Below are positions 54,520 to 64,000 of a DNA stretch of 64,000 nucleotides, one piece after another. Each line of letters starts with the position of its first letter. Position 1 is the stretch's first letter. Source of the stretch: a virus. Its lineage: Duplodnaviria; Caudoviricetes. A program made the position numbers and the translations under genes. Location of the stretch: IMG/VR virus record IMGVR_UViG_3300037295_000263, positions 64,001 through 128,000 of that record; one strand, 5' to 3'. The notes under the pieces were generated by a model. That model worked only from the letters and a program-made list of their open reading frames with translations. It searched no databases and was not told the origin of the DNA.

Positions 54520-55435
54520 GATTCAGCGCCGATAATTTAATAAGACATGCAGCTAAGTTAATTTCCGCATCCGCCACTAGCGTATGATCAACCAGGCCTT
54601 GTTTGATTATTACAATAGCACGGTCTTGTATTATTTCATCTCCGAAAATTTCTATATTGTCATATAACCATCTGTATACTTCTAGCATTTCTTCAGGTTG
54701 GATCTTACCACACAACATCCTTCTTGCATCAGTAATTTTTCCAGCTTTAAACATTTCTACCATATCAAACTTCCAATCTGCGATTCCCGAGTCACCTGCA
54801 GATGGAATACTTAGCTTACCTTCAATTACATTTTGTTGCAATAAGTTGATACATTTACGTAAGTCAGGGTAGGCAGCTCTTACATAGCTATCTAAAGTAT
54901 CGAGATCGAAATCGACATCTTCAGTAACAAGTATAGTTGCTACCCTGGCTGTAAACTCGGTATGATCAATTTTTTCAACATGAAATCCTTGACATCTGCT
55001 ATGGAGAGCTGGAATAATTTTATGAGGATAGTTACATGTAAGAATAAATCTTGCAGTACTATGGTATTCTTCCATAACTCCACGCAACGCTGCTTGCGCA
55101 TTAGGACTTAGGTAATCAGCTTCGTCGAGCAATACAACTTTAAATGGGCCAAACGGGATCATTTGCACAAAGTTAGTAATTTTATCTCTAACATCTTCAA
55201 CAGAGTTTGTACGACTAGCATTAATTTCTAAAACGTCAAATCCTTCTATTCCTATTTCGTTGATTAATATTTTGGCTAACGTTGTTTTACCGATACCTGC
55301 ACTTCCGCTGAGTAGTAAATGTGGTATACTTTTATCAGAAATCCATGTTTTAACTTGACGTTTTTGATTTTCGTCACGGAATACATATTCATTTACAGTT
55401 TTAGGACGATATTGCTCTACCCATAGTTGTTTCAT
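54500..55435 (-). CDS. gp44: Clamp loader AAA+ subunit (T4 gp44/RFC small-like)
   Basis: [36 protein letters not shown]. Confidence 0.9.
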   Translation of the reverse strand: MKQLWVEQYRPKTVNEYVFRDENQKRQVKTWISDKSIPHLLLSGSAGIGKTTLAKILINEIGIEGFDVLEINASRTNSVEDVRDKITNFVQMIPFGPFKVVLLDEADYLSPNAQAALRGVMEEYHSTARFILTCNYPHKIIPALHSRCQGFHVEKIDHTEFTARVATILVTEDVDFDLDTLDSYVRAAYPDLRKCINLLQQNVIEGKLSIPSAGDSGIADWKFDMVEMFKAGKITDARRMLCGKIQPEEMLEVYRWLYDNIEIFGDEIIQDRAIVIIKQGLVDHTLVADAEINLAACLIKLSALNRDTPSN

Positions 55436-55488
55436 AATTACCTTTAATTGTTGTTTGTTTATACTGAAATATAAACACTATTACGCAT

Positions 55489-55875
55489 TCATTGAGAATT
55501 TTCTTTTTCTGCAGTTGTTAAAAATCCAGACAAGTTTGGAGGAATCCACCCTAGTGGTTTAAGAACCTTTCCGTCGTCACGCTTGCGAACCTTTCCGTCG
55601 TCGCCTATCTTAGCAAAGTTAGTGCTCATAACTTCTTTCCAAGCACCTTCTGCGTCAAAACCTGCAGAATGAATGGCACCAATTGTAACAACTAGAATGT
55701 CAATTAGTGCATCCAATGTTTCGATATTATCATTAGCTGCAATTGCATCATTTAACTCAGTTGTTTCTTCTGCTATCAATGAAACGTATAAGTTAAACTG
55801 TTCTTTATTAAAATTATCAACAGTTTGATCGCATGCTTTCATAAACTTAGATTGATCGCGAAATGGATTAGTCAT
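55489..55875 (-). CDS. MazG-like/PRA-PH-like nucleotide pyrophosphohydrolase
   Basis: LIAEETTEL, LDALIDILVV, EVMSTNFAK, DGKVLKP. Confidence 0.75.
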   Translation of the reverse strand: MTNPFRDQSKFMKACDQTVDNFNKEQFNLYVSLIAEETTELNDAIAANDNIETLDALIDILVVTIGAIHSAGFDAEGAWKEVMSTNFAKIGDDGKVRKRDDGKVLKPLGWIPPNLSGFLTTAEKENSQ

Positions 55876-55895
55876 TTATATTTCCTTAAACATTA

Positions 55896-55924
55896 ATTAT
55901 ACGCAATTGTTTAATATAAATCAA
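55896..55924 (-). promoter_or_regulatory. Sigma70-type promoter TTGATT-N17-TATAAT
   Basis: Upstream of the MazG-like, clamp loader and ferredoxin genes. Confidence 0.7.
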
Positions 55925-55927
55925 CAT

Positions 55928-56317
55928 TTACATAAAGTCTTCTGGGCGAATGTTTGAACTACTGGTAAATTCTTGACCAATATAAGCATCGGATGGTTTT
56001 TCGTCAGATACTGCAAGTATTCCGGTTACATCTACTCGTTGTATTTCTTTTTCACCTCGGCTGTCTCGAATCTTTACTTTACGAGTCCATCTTCCATGCT
56101 CGATCAATATCCATTGTCCTTCTGATACATCTGTTTGTTTTGGTCCGACTTTATAAACTAACCCCCATCTAGGTTTAACTCCGTGTGCTTGAGCATCATC
56201 ACTTCGAAGTACAATGCCACCAGATGTGACAATTTCACCAAAATCCATATCTGTAATAATCACATTGTCGTGTATTGCACGAACTTCCATAGGTCGTGCT
56301 TCATAGATTGTTGTCAT
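55928..56317 (-). CDS. groES: GroES-like co-chaperonin
   Basis: RAIHDNVII, TSGGIVL mobile loop, VYKVGP, V.EGQWIL. Confidence 0.75.
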   Translation of the reverse strand: MTTIYEARPMEVRAIHDNVIITDMDFGEIVTSGGIVLRSDDAQAHGVKPRWGLVYKVGPKQTDVSEGQWILIEHGRWTRKVKIRDSRGEKEIQRVDVTGILAVSDEKPSDAYIGQEFTSSSNIRPEDFM

Positions 56318-56326
56318 GATATTCCT

Positions 56327-56545
56327 TTATTTTTTGTTAATTCGATCAGCAGCCGTACGATCATTATTGTTGTAATAATCCTGCAAAATTTCTTCTTTAG
56401 TACGGAGAATCTTTCCGCCCGGTCCCAACTCGTCTCCTCTGGCGTTTACGTTAATATTACCTACTGCAGGAGTTAGTTCGTTTTTTAATGCAAGCTTCTC
56501 CATATCAATTTCTTTACCTTTCATACTTGTGTATATTTTACCCAT
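56327..56545 (-). CDS. Hypothetical protein
   Basis: 72 aa; AAGGAG RBS; NARGDELGPGG. Confidence 0.7.
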   Translation of the reverse strand: MGKIYTSMKGKEIDMEKLALKNELTPAVGNINVNARGDELGPGGKILRTKEEILQDYYNNNDRTAADRINKK

Positions 56546-57009
56546 TATTTTTCTCCTTTGAAAAATTCATTTATCGGTATCTCGTATTTAATACTATCGA
56601 TGCGGTGCACTCCTATTAAAAAGAGCACATAACTTGCTACGCTACTGCCTCTGCCTACACCCCAAATAACATTATTACTACGCAATACATCTACAATATA
56701 TTTCATAACATATAAAATGTCTAGCATTTCGTGCTTGATGTATAGTTCTAATTCCTGACTAACTCGATTTGTTTCTTCTTCTGTTTTGCACATTCCGTAT
56801 AAAATTTCTATAAGATTTGGACAATATTGTTCAGGAATGAACCAGTTATTTGGATTTATATCTTTTAACGGAACAGGATAGTTTAAATGCTCATTGTGTA
56901 ATCGAGTTGTATATTGACTTAAATCGTCTGAAGTTTGGCACCGGTCTAAAATATCTGGCCCGTGCCGCATAACTCCTTCTATTAAGTTTTCTATTGTATT
57001 AGTTGACAT
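56545..57009 (-). CDS. Stand-alone fragment homologous to DNA polymerase III alpha (DnaE) palm entry region
   Basis: RVSQELE...YIVD...WGVGRGSSVASYVLFLIGVHRIDSIKY...EFF; stops before the catalytic PDID. Confidence 0.75.
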   Translation of the reverse strand: MSTNTIENLIEGVMRHGPDILDRCQTSDDLSQYTTRLHNEHLNYPVPLKDINPNNWFIPEQYCPNLIEILYGMCKTEEETNRVSQELELYIKHEMLDILYVMKYIVDVLRSNNVIWGVGRGSSVASYVLFLIGVHRIDSIKYEIPINEFFKGEK

Positions 57010-57235
57010 TAATCAATTGATCCAAATCTCCGTTACCGTTATTATTAAATTTTTCACGGTTTCTTTTACTCATTTCCTCTTTATATATTGTAAGAAATGT
57101 TGAGAGTTGTGTCAAGAGGTCAATGTTGCCAAGACGCACTGCAATGTAATATTTTTTTGTTATTTCTTGTATTTTTTCTTCTAAATCAGTATCTTTCATG
57201 TCTGATAAATCGGTAGATAAGGGATGAAAAAACAT
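56999..57235 (-). CDS. Hypothetical protein
   Basis: 78 aa, helical; overlaps both neighbours. Confidence 0.65.
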   Translation of the reverse strand: MFFHPLSTDLSDMKDTDLEEKIQEITKKYYIAVRLGNIDLLTQLSTFLTIYKEEMSKRNREKFNNNGNGDLDQLINVN

Positions 57236-57786
57236 TAACTAAATTTTCCTAAATAGTTTAAAAACACCTTGTTTGAGCCATGTTTCCATATTTCGATAAT
57301 TACAGGATTATCAGTAGAGTCTAATATTACAGATTCTGGAAAATTACTGCTTTTTTTAATAATATTACTGCCGGAAGTGCCAAATGTCACAGTTCTACTG
57401 CCACTGTCGCAATATAGTTCTAGTGTTATCTTTCCTAACGTGTCAAGTGGAAATTTATCAAAATTGATAAGAGCATCTTGCAGCACTGTTAAGATATGAT
57501 AATTTCCTGTATCATATTCTACAGTATATATTTCAGTTTCGACATTGTTTACTAATACGCTTTCTGAACAGTTTTCAAAAACAGCAGATCTTACTAGCTG
57601 TCCATTGAAATCGTTTTCCTGATCTAATCTTGGCGAAATATTTTGTAGTAACGTAATTTCTTCTTTAGCTATTCTTAAACTATCTTTAATAGTGTCAAAG
57701 TTATCTCGTAATGTTTGGGTGTCATTATCTTCGCCGGCTACCGGAAACTGCTCATTAATATCATTATAGTTTATATTACTGCTCAT
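57235..57786 (-). CDS. Putative tail/baseplate structural protein
   Basis: FPVAGEDNDTQTLRDNF N-motif, short coiled coil, beta-rich C-part; coupled to the baseplate gene. Confidence 0.55.
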   Translation of the reverse strand: MSSNINYNDINEQFPVAGEDNDTQTLRDNFDTIKDSLRIAKEEITLLQNISPRLDQENDFNGQLVRSAVFENCSESVLVNNVETEIYTVEYDTGNYHILTVLQDALINFDKFPLDTLGKITLELYCDSGSRTVTFGTSGSNIIKKSSNFPESVILDSTDNPVIIEIWKHGSNKVFLNYLGKFS

Positions 57787-60545
57787 GGTAATTTTTCTCC
57801 ACGTTGCGGAAACGCAAGGTATTTATCTTCGATAGTTCCGTCTATTATGTCAATAATATATCTGTCAGCAGTAAAATTAATAGTTTTAAAATCAAATCCT
57901 GACAATTTAATTCTTGAAATAACAGATTCTGCAAATCCTACTTTAGTATAACATAATACTAATGCTTTGACGTACCCCGATTCTACCGGACTATTTGGTT
58001 GTATACTGCGCATCCATGCAGGTAAAAATTCTCTGTCTCTGATTCCAGCTTCTTTAATTCTTGATCTCATATTTTTAAAACTGTTAGGAAAGATTCGTTG
58101 GTGATCGCTATCGCTTACAAATGGAATATCACTATCGACTTTTATCGAATCGTAGCTGGTTAATACTTTGCTGTTTATATTATCGGGTAAGTTAACAGTC
58201 TTACTAATGCTTTTTCCATTTTTTTCGTACTCGTCAACTATCTCTACATATACTACTTCATATAATACTTCCTGAGTAACAAGGTCTCTGCCTATCGCCG
58301 ACGACACATTACCGAATTTAAGTTGTTTTTGGTAATGATTTTTTGCCATTGCTTGAATGTATTTTTCAGCTTTGATACTTTCTATACCAGCATAAACCAG
58401 TACTCGTAAAGTAGTTTGTACTCCAAAGTTAGGATCGCCGACTCTGTAAATTTCCGAAGGGTTAAAAATATTAACATCGGTAATAAAACTAGTCCACTGT
58501 AGTCTTTTAGATTTTTCTTGGAATGCTTTTATATACAAATTTGCAAATGTCGTGGAATCAGTTGCATTAATAGAAATAACAAAATCTTTAATGCTTTCTG
58601 CAAAATTTGCTGTATCTTTAGCTTTAATTTTAAAATTAAAATCTCTGTCAAACGTAGTATTATCGAGACTAAAAGTAGTGTTGAACTCTCGTACACCATC
58701 AACAACCTCGAAGAACCTAGTTAATCCTTTGCCGGATGCATCAGCAAATTGTTTAACTTTTCCTTGTATGCTTCCCGAAGCAGATACTGATAGTCCAGGA
58801 GGAAGAACGCCGTCTGATAATTCATAAACTATTTTAGAATTTCCAGCAAGTCCTATTGCCTTGACTTCTAGTGTGCTAGGCTGATTAGTTTTAATTGTTC
58901 CTAAATGTCGAGAGCTTACCCAAGTAATGCTATTTTCAATTTCTCCAACAATACTTACAGTAAATGTTTTCTCAGAACTAGAAACACCAATTTCCCAAAA
59001 TTCTAAATTAGTTGGGTAAATATTTTTGTTAGTCCGACGACAGATATAGATAAATCCTTGAAATCTAACTGTTTGATTTTCTGTATAAAAAATACCAGGA
59101 TTCCAATCTCCGACAAAATCGTAATTTTGAGCAGACAACTCTGCTGGAAAATTAACAGCCTGCATAGTGAATTTATATCCTATAGCAGTTGGTCGTTGAT
59201 ACGGTACTCGGCCTGCAATTTCTCCAGTGGATCTATCTAACTCCATGCCCGGGGGAAGTTCACTAATACTTTCAGGAACAATAGTTTCCCATAATGTACG
59301 ATTAGTAATTTGAAAAGTCTGATCGATAGTTGATAAATTATTTTTTGTCCAATAGAATCCTTCTTGAGGTTCGATATTTTCGATATTTTCGATATTGTTT
59401 TTTGATAAACGTACCCAAGTCTGATTAATTACTGCAGGATCCGTATCACTTTGAAAAATAACTGCATCGCCTGCATTGTATGTCAGAAAAGGGCTCCATG
59501 GTCCTTTTAAAGAATATTTAAAATAAGGAATTATATTGCTTAATTCAAAATTACCGTCGACTGTTTGTCCTGTTTCTATAATTTTATATTTTCCAGGATT
59601 TTTTTCAATTAAAAAATAAGTAATAGAACCAGGCAGCGAGGGCGGATTATAAACATCAAGATATATAGTTACGTAGTTGTTAGCACGATACCGACCTAGA
59701 TCAGATTCAGTAATCCATATAGGAGCCCGGTTTGAATTGTTATCAGCTCTAAATAGGTTGGTATCTACTTGAACAATAGTGTTGTCCGATTTTAGAAATT
59801 CTTCGGTGACTACCCACATCTTAAATACTTGCCTAACTTCGTGTAGTCCGTCGGACGCCGCAATTACAAAGCTGTAGGACCTGCTAATTCTTTTTGGAGT
59901 AATAGACTCGTCGGAGTAATCAAAAGTAAATGTATCGTATAAAAATGTATCAAAACCATTCGAAGTAGATCGATATACATCCAACGGGGAAATATCATAC
60001 CCAACAGTGTCGAACGCTCCTGTTTGATTGTCATAATCTACTGCAAATATTGGATCAGTAAATCCGGAAATTACGCCGTCGCGACTAAGAGCCAGCCCAG
60101 GCGGGAGTTGTCCACCTGATAATACTTGATAAAATTCTAACTTGTCTCCGGCTATTATATCTCTGTCGTCTGCAACTAGTTTATAATTAACATACGCATT
60201 ATCGAGTACAAAGTAATTGTTGCCTTGACCTACGTTAAGATATCCTTCTTTAGTAACCCATTCTGGTACATCAGAACCATTGACTACTAGATTAAATGTT
60301 ATATCTTTTATTGAGTCTCCATCCGATGCCCTAACAACAAATCGGCTAACAGTGGACCGTTGCACTTCACCGGGGCTGCCTTTAATAACTCCGTTATCTA
60401 ATCGTAATCCAGTTGGTAGTTTCCCTGCTATTATACGATAGGACACAGGACCTATTGATGAAATTGCTACAATAGGAATTTGAATAATTGCTCTTTCTTC
60501 TAACGTTCCTAGATTACCAGCGGGTGTGCTCCATGCTATTGCCAT
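57783..60545 (-). CDS. Baseplate wedge-like protein with putative Ig (He_PIG-like) repeats
   Basis: Repeated GxLPxGLxL...GxIxG motifs (GKLPTGLRL, GQLPPGLAL, ELPPGMEL, GVLPPGLSV). Confidence 0.65.
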   Translation of the reverse strand: MAIAWSTPAGNLGTLEERAIIQIPIVAISSIGPVSYRIIAGKLPTGLRLDNGVIKGSPGEVQRSTVSRFVVRASDGDSIKDITFNLVVNGSDVPEWVTKEGYLNVGQGNNYFVLDNAYVNYKLVADDRDIIAGDKLEFYQVLSGGQLPPGLALSRDGVISGFTDPIFAVDYDNQTGAFDTVGYDISPLDVYRSTSNGFDTFLYDTFTFDYSDESITPKRISRSYSFVIAASDGLHEVRQVFKMWVVTEEFLKSDNTIVQVDTNLFRADNNSNRAPIWITESDLGRYRANNYVTIYLDVYNPPSLPGSITYFLIEKNPGKYKIIETGQTVDGNFELSNIIPYFKYSLKGPWSPFLTYNAGDAVIFQSDTDPAVINQTWVRLSKNNIENIENIEPQEGFYWTKNNLSTIDQTFQITNRTLWETIVPESISELPPGMELDRSTGEIAGRVPYQRPTAIGYKFTMQAVNFPAELSAQNYDFVGDWNPGIFYTENQTVRFQGFIYICRRTNKNIYPTNLEFWEIGVSSSEKTFTVSIVGEIENSITWVSSRHLGTIKTNQPSTLEVKAIGLAGNSKIVYELSDGVLPPGLSVSASGSIQGKVKQFADASGKGLTRFFEVVDGVREFNTTFSLDNTTFDRDFNFKIKAKDTANFAESIKDFVISINATDSTTFANLYIKAFQEKSKRLQWTSFITDVNIFNPSEIYRVGDPNFGVQTTLRVLVYAGIESIKAEKYIQAMAKNHYQKQLKFGNVSSAIGRDLVTQEVLYEVVYVEIVDEYEKNGKSISKTVNLPDNINSKVLTSYDSIKVDSDIPFVSDSDHQRIFPNSFKNMRSRIKEAGIRDREFLPAWMRSIQPNSPVESGYVKALVLCYTKVGFAESVISRIKLSGFDFKTINFTADRYIIDIIDGTIEDKYLAFPQRGEKLP

Positions 60546-60554
60546 TGAGAGTCC

Positions 60555-61076
60555 TTAAATCCCGCCAAGATCGAGACTTAAATCGGCAGGGTTGAGTATT
60601 GTTCCAAAATCTATCGGATTAACTGCTACCAGTAATTCTAATATGTTGGAGTAAGAATCGCCTATTTGTCCAAAGTCAAATGAAGTTAGCACTTGACTGA
60701 TAGATGACTTAGTGTCGATAGTAATATTGGCACCGTTTGAAACAACACTGATATTTTCTCCGCCTTTAACCGAGATGCTAGGATGATTTGAAGATTGTAC
60801 AACAGTGTTGTCTGTTTCTAGAGTAGTAAATGCATTAACAGTTATAGAAGTACTGGACGAAGTGATTCCAGCTCCTCTTAAAGTTTTAAATTGTAATTCA
60901 GCACCGACTTTCTGAGCAAAAATTCCTATTTCAGAATTATTTAAATTTCTTGCAGTGGTTATTAAATTGTTTCCTAGTTCTGTAAAGTTGTCATTTACTT
61001 TAACAAACGCTTCACGCAGGTTATCGCCTAAGCCGTCATTTACTGCATTGCCGATATTAATTTTCTGTATTGTCAT
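60555..61076 (-). CDS. Baseplate/tail protein with T4 gp9/gp10-like N-terminus
   Basis: INIGNAVNDGLGDNLREAFVKVNDNFTEL. Confidence 0.65.
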   Translation of the reverse strand: MTIQKINIGNAVNDGLGDNLREAFVKVNDNFTELGNNLITTARNLNNSEIGIFAQKVGAELQFKTLRGAGITSSSTSITVNAFTTLETDNTVVQSSNHPSISVKGGENISVVSNGANITIDTKSSISQVLTSFDFGQIGDSYSNILELLVAVNPIDFGTILNPADLSLDLGGI

Positions 61077-61094
61077 TGAATGCTCTCTATAGTA

Positions 61095-61102
61095 TATTTA
61101 CC
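61095..61102 (-). promoter_or_regulatory. Late-like motif GGTAAATA
   Basis: Intergenic, upstream of the baseplate genes. Confidence 0.5.
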
Positions 61103-61112
61103 GCTAGTATTT

Positions 61113-63998
61113 TTAAGTCCTACCCACCGCAACTTCAATAGTGCCAATGTGATCTGACTGATAATTTTCCAACGCTTTGCCAATGATTGTTCCTGCTTTT
61201 GCGTTGCCTTTTGCCGAGATTGCAACTCCTGCAATGTTACTAGTAATCATTAAGTCGCCTTTTGACACAGTACCGACTACCTTGCAAGGTACTCGACCTT
61301 GTAGTGCTATCAAAGATTTAATACCAGGACACTCTGTATTCATAATGTACGCAGCATTATTGCTTACTACTCCAGCAACTTTATAATCTTCTGTAGTTTT
61401 AGACATAGTTACTTCGAACTCGCCACCGAATATAAGTACAGTTCCAGCTGGGTATGCTTTGTCACTTTGATAATATTCAGCTAAGTCGGCGTATGTAGCC
61501 TGTAACCTACTTCCAAACGACAAAGCCCATTCGCCGGTTATGACTCCAGCAGTGCTTGCTGCACCAGTTGATAATGTCTTAGATATTAACGTGCCTGTAG
61601 ATACATTGATAGATCCGGTTCCTACTGTAAGGTTACTTGTAGTTTCCATTGACCAGTTACCAGTCAATGTTCCTGCAGTAGCAACCGCTCCGGTAGTGAT
61701 ATTCGAAGCTATCAAAGTTCCAACTGACACGGAACCGTCTTGGGTTCCTAATCTATTTTTAAATAGATGTGAATCGTTGTAATAAAAAGATTTACGATCA
61801 GCTACAGTGTCACCGTCACCGATCAAGATACCTGCTTGATTTAAAAATCCATATACTTGAGTATATCCTCCCGAAGGTGTGGCAGATTTATTAACTGTTG
61901 GTGAACTGCCGATAATTAACTCCGATGCAGTTATTATTCTTGCAGAAAAATCTCCATTGATATTTCTTCTAACTAGTGTATTTGGATCTTCAGCTGATGA
62001 ATCATTAACTATGCTGTAGTCGCTATCGTTAATCGACGATGACGTTGACACACGTTTTAAATAACCAACTCCATTACTGTACTGGGACTTTTTAATTCCC
62101 AGCCCTTGATTTATTACTGTTGCAAATGTGACAGCAGTGACATTGGCAGTTTCGATAGTAGAATTTCCTAACACAGTACCTTGCGGAATTGTTTGCAATT
62201 TACTTAAGGTTAAGCCATTATCTTTAACGCTGATCCAACCTGAAGTTGAATTAAATTGTGCAGAATCTACAGATGCAAGTCCAAGGTCGGCTTGCGCAAT
62301 ATCAGTAGCATTTGCTCTAGTAGACGTGCTGTTCATGGACAACTTACTTTGTAATATAGCAGCAGAATTATTAATATTGCTGTTAACTATTGCACCATCG
62401 TTAATTTGAACATCGATAGTATTCGGTGAAGCACTCAAATTAAAAGAAACATCGCCTATGACTGATACGTTAACTGCAGACTTACCAGTGCCAGTAAATG
62501 CTAACAAGTCTGCAGAATCTGGAGTAGTTATTGTTGTATTTTGAAAATTGTCAAAAGTTAAACTTTGAAGATTTACAGCATCCTTAGGCTGTGACGGATT
62601 CGCCAACTCGATAATTTTCTTATCGCCCAAGTTCATATTGCTTTTCATCGCCAGTAAACCGTTAAGCGGCATATATCCGCCATCGTTTAATGGAATTAAA
62701 TCAGTTCCGTCCACTATTGCACCGTTGTGTGTAATACCCAATCGGCGCTCTATATATGTTCGAGTTGCCAGTTCTGTAGGCACGCTATCGACAGCATTAT
62801 CTGAAAACCCAGTGTCAATTGAAAATTCCGAAACCGGAACACCCCGTTTAAACCCAATACCGTCGAGCTTGCTTAGAGTTACAGTAGAACTAAGAGTAAC
62901 TTTGCCTGTTCCTTGGTCTACTCTGAAATACGGACCTACACTAAAATTTCCAAATTGATCAGTGGTTGCATAAAAAACACGTCCTACTGATCGTTCTTTG
63001 ACTTCATTTGCTGCGTTAAATGTATTTACAGGTGATCCGTATATCTCATTAGGAAAGTTGGTGTCTGCATAACTACCAGTTCCTATTTCCAACAAATCGT
63101 GGCTTGTAACTCTTGTTAAAGAAATCCGAATAGTTAAGGTTCCGGCTTGATTTTTCGAAAGCGCACTTTTTAAAGTAGGCGGAGTAGTGTAATTAATAAC
63201 GCTATCTTCCAGCGGCCTATTTAATGTTATTAGTCCGTAAGGCTTGCCAGTTTGTGCAGTAGATTGGTAACCGATAACAGAGTATTCTTCTCCAATCCAT
63301 ACTAGTTTAGAACCAACGAGTATAGACAAACTGTCACTACTAGATATTGTACTAACTGCATAAGTACTATCGCCGACTATTCCCAGAAGTCGTTCTGTGT
63401 AATGGATTCCTGATTGCGTTCCTGATGTTTCAATTGCCCCTCCAGTTGGAGTATCGGATAATACAAATGTATCGGGATCTACAACATTTTGCACCCAGAA
63501 CTGTCGAGATTCGATAATTCCAGTAGGCAATACGCCTTCGGTTTCAAATCGAATTACATCACCTGCTGAAAATCCGTGAGATGCTAATGTTACTACTCCT
63601 GGATTACCGATACTAATAGTACATGCTTTTCTAGTAGCTCGAAAAGGTTGCAGAGGGAATGTTGTAATTTCTACATAGTTGTAATTTTCTCGCAAGATTG
63701 CTACAGCTAGCCCTTCTACGGTGTACTTGTGTATACCGCTTTGAGTTCCCGATGTTTGAATCGGAGTTCCTTGTTTTTCTGCTGAAATCCTAAAACTGTT
63801 TTGGCTGAAACCTGCAGTTAACACGTAATATACTGTGTCTGCTACTATTCCGGCAGGAAGTACTCCAGAAGTTGAAAATTTTATTTGATAGTTAGGCAAC
63901 AGCTCATGCGCTGTATTTGATATAATTGCCGGATTACCGATACTAATAGTAGCTGTTTTAGCACCAGTCGAATCAGTATATGAGTCAAATTGTAAAAT
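61113..63998 (-). CDS. Large tail fibre/spike protein with C-terminal peptidase G2-like domain (5'-truncated by window edge)
   Basis: Frame stays open to the window end. About 110-aa repeats (TISIGNP...H...VLPxGI); C-terminal YADLAEYY...GVVS...ALQGRVPCKV. Confidence 0.7.
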   Translation of the reverse strand: MLQFDSYTDSTGAKTATISIGNPAIISNTAHELLPNYQIKFSTSGVLPAGIVADTVYYVLTAGFSQNSFRISAEKQGTPIQTSGTQSGIHKYTVEGLAVAILRENYNYVEITTFPLQPFRATRKACTISIGNPGVVTLASHGFSAGDVIRFETEGVLPTGIIESRQFWVQNVVDPDTFVLSDTPTGGAIETSGTQSGIHYTERLLGIVGDSTYAVSTISSSDSLSILVGSKLVWIGEEYSVIGYQSTAQTGKPYGLITLNRPLEDSVINYTTPPTLKSALSKNQAGTLTIRISLTRVTSHDLLEIGTGSYADTNFPNEIYGSPVNTFNAANEVKERSVGRVFYATTDQFGNFSVGPYFRVDQGTGKVTLSSTVTLSKLDGIGFKRGVPVSEFSIDTGFSDNAVDSVPTELATRTYIERRLGITHNGAIVDGTDLIPLNDGGYMPLNGLLAMKSNMNLGDKKIIELANPSQPKDAVNLQSLTFDNFQNTTITTPDSADLLAFTGTGKSAVNVSVIGDVSFNLSASPNTIDVQINDGAIVNSNINNSAAILQSKLSMNSTSTRANATDIAQADLGLASVDSAQFNSTSGWISVKDNGLTLSKLQTIPQGTVLGNSTIETANVTAVTFATVINQGLGIKKSQYSNGVGYLKRVSTSSSINDSDYSIVNDSSAEDPNTLVRRNINGDFSARIITASELIIGSSPTVNKSATPSGGYTQVYGFLNQAGILIGDGDTVADRKSFYYNDSHLFKNRLGTQDGSVSVGTLIASNITTGAVATAGTLTGNWSMETTSNLTVGTGSINVSTGTLISKTLSTGAASTAGVITGEWALSFGSRLQATYADLAEYYQSDKAYPAGTVLIFGGEFEVTMSKTTEDYKVAGVVSNNAAYIMNTECPGIKSLIALQGRVPCKVVGTVSKGDLMITSNIAGVAISAKGNAKAGTIIGKALENYQSDHIGTIEVAVGRT
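63601..63951. repeat. 21-bp exact direct repeat marking a 330-bp (110-aa) intragenic duplication
   Basis: GGATTACCGATACTAATAGTA at 63601-63621 and 63931-63951. Confidence 0.8.
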
Positions 63999-64000
63999 TC

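Noticed and set aside
55563-55602. 16-bp direct repeat GAACCTTTCCGTCGTC, two copies
   Set aside because: Encodes the duplicated DDGKV peptide inside the MazG-like gene; not an array.
56545-57009. Treating the DnaE fragment as a frameshifted pseudogene
   Set aside because: Downstream sequence holds separate ORFs with their own RBS and no PDID continuation was seen.
59370-59396. Three copies of a 9-bp tandem repeat (NIE x3)
   Set aside because: In-frame linker slippage; cannot cause phase variation.
94-62958. Many 60-200 aa ORFs antisense to or nested in long genes (e.g. 4077..4670, 5826..6254, 47126..47575, 62638..62958)
   Set aside because: Shadow ORFs of well-supported genes; no RBS or recognisable motifs.
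1-64000. CRISPR array, tRNA/rRNA genes, integrase or IS elements
   Set aside because: No regularly spaced repeats, T-loop/cloverleaf or transposase motifs seen by eye; tRNAscan-SE and a CRISPR finder would be needed to exclude them formally.
1-64000. Stop-codon reassignment as in some large phages
   Set aside because: Conserved genes (polB, clpA, phoH, rnh) are full length in the standard code, coding density is high, and TAA, TAG and TGA all end genes.

Overview
This 64 kb, AT-rich window comes from a large T4-like tailed phage genome (Caudoviricetes, myovirus-type). No host-chromosome genes, tRNA/rRNA, CRISPR array or mobile element were seen. Layout: (1) 1-8.4 kb (+): an array of paralogous tail-fibre genes; the first is cut by the window edge. 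(2) 8.4-22 kb: a tightly coupled operon of glycosyltransferase-like, radical SAM, NDP-sugar epimerase, SGNH and UDP-glucose dehydrogenase genes behind a T4-late-like TAAATA motif. (3) 22-27 kb (-): hypothetical genes and an RNase H/5'-3' exonuclease. (4) 27-40 kb (-): family B DNA polymerase, a putative sliding clamp and a 7-deazaguanine cluster (DpdA/TGT-like, QueE, FolE, a T-fold protein, no QueC) interleaved with a GT4-like glycosyltransferase, a nucleotide-sugar dehydrogenase and two oxidoreductases. (5) 40.8-46.8 kb: putative internal head proteins, three nucleotidyltransferases and ErpA/IscA. (6) dnaJ-def-clpA, a lysis cassette, phoH, ferredoxin, clamp loader, GroES and a catalytically truncated DnaE fragment. 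(7) 57-64 kb (-): baseplate/tail genes; the last is cut by the window edge. The best candidate for an undescribed system is a clamp-coupled, possibly glycosylated deazaguanine DNA modification. Also notable are tandem pseudoknots in the polymerase leader and a repeated TAAATA-N5-ATG leaderless late-gene architecture. All functional calls come from motif recognition by eye; no database searches were run.
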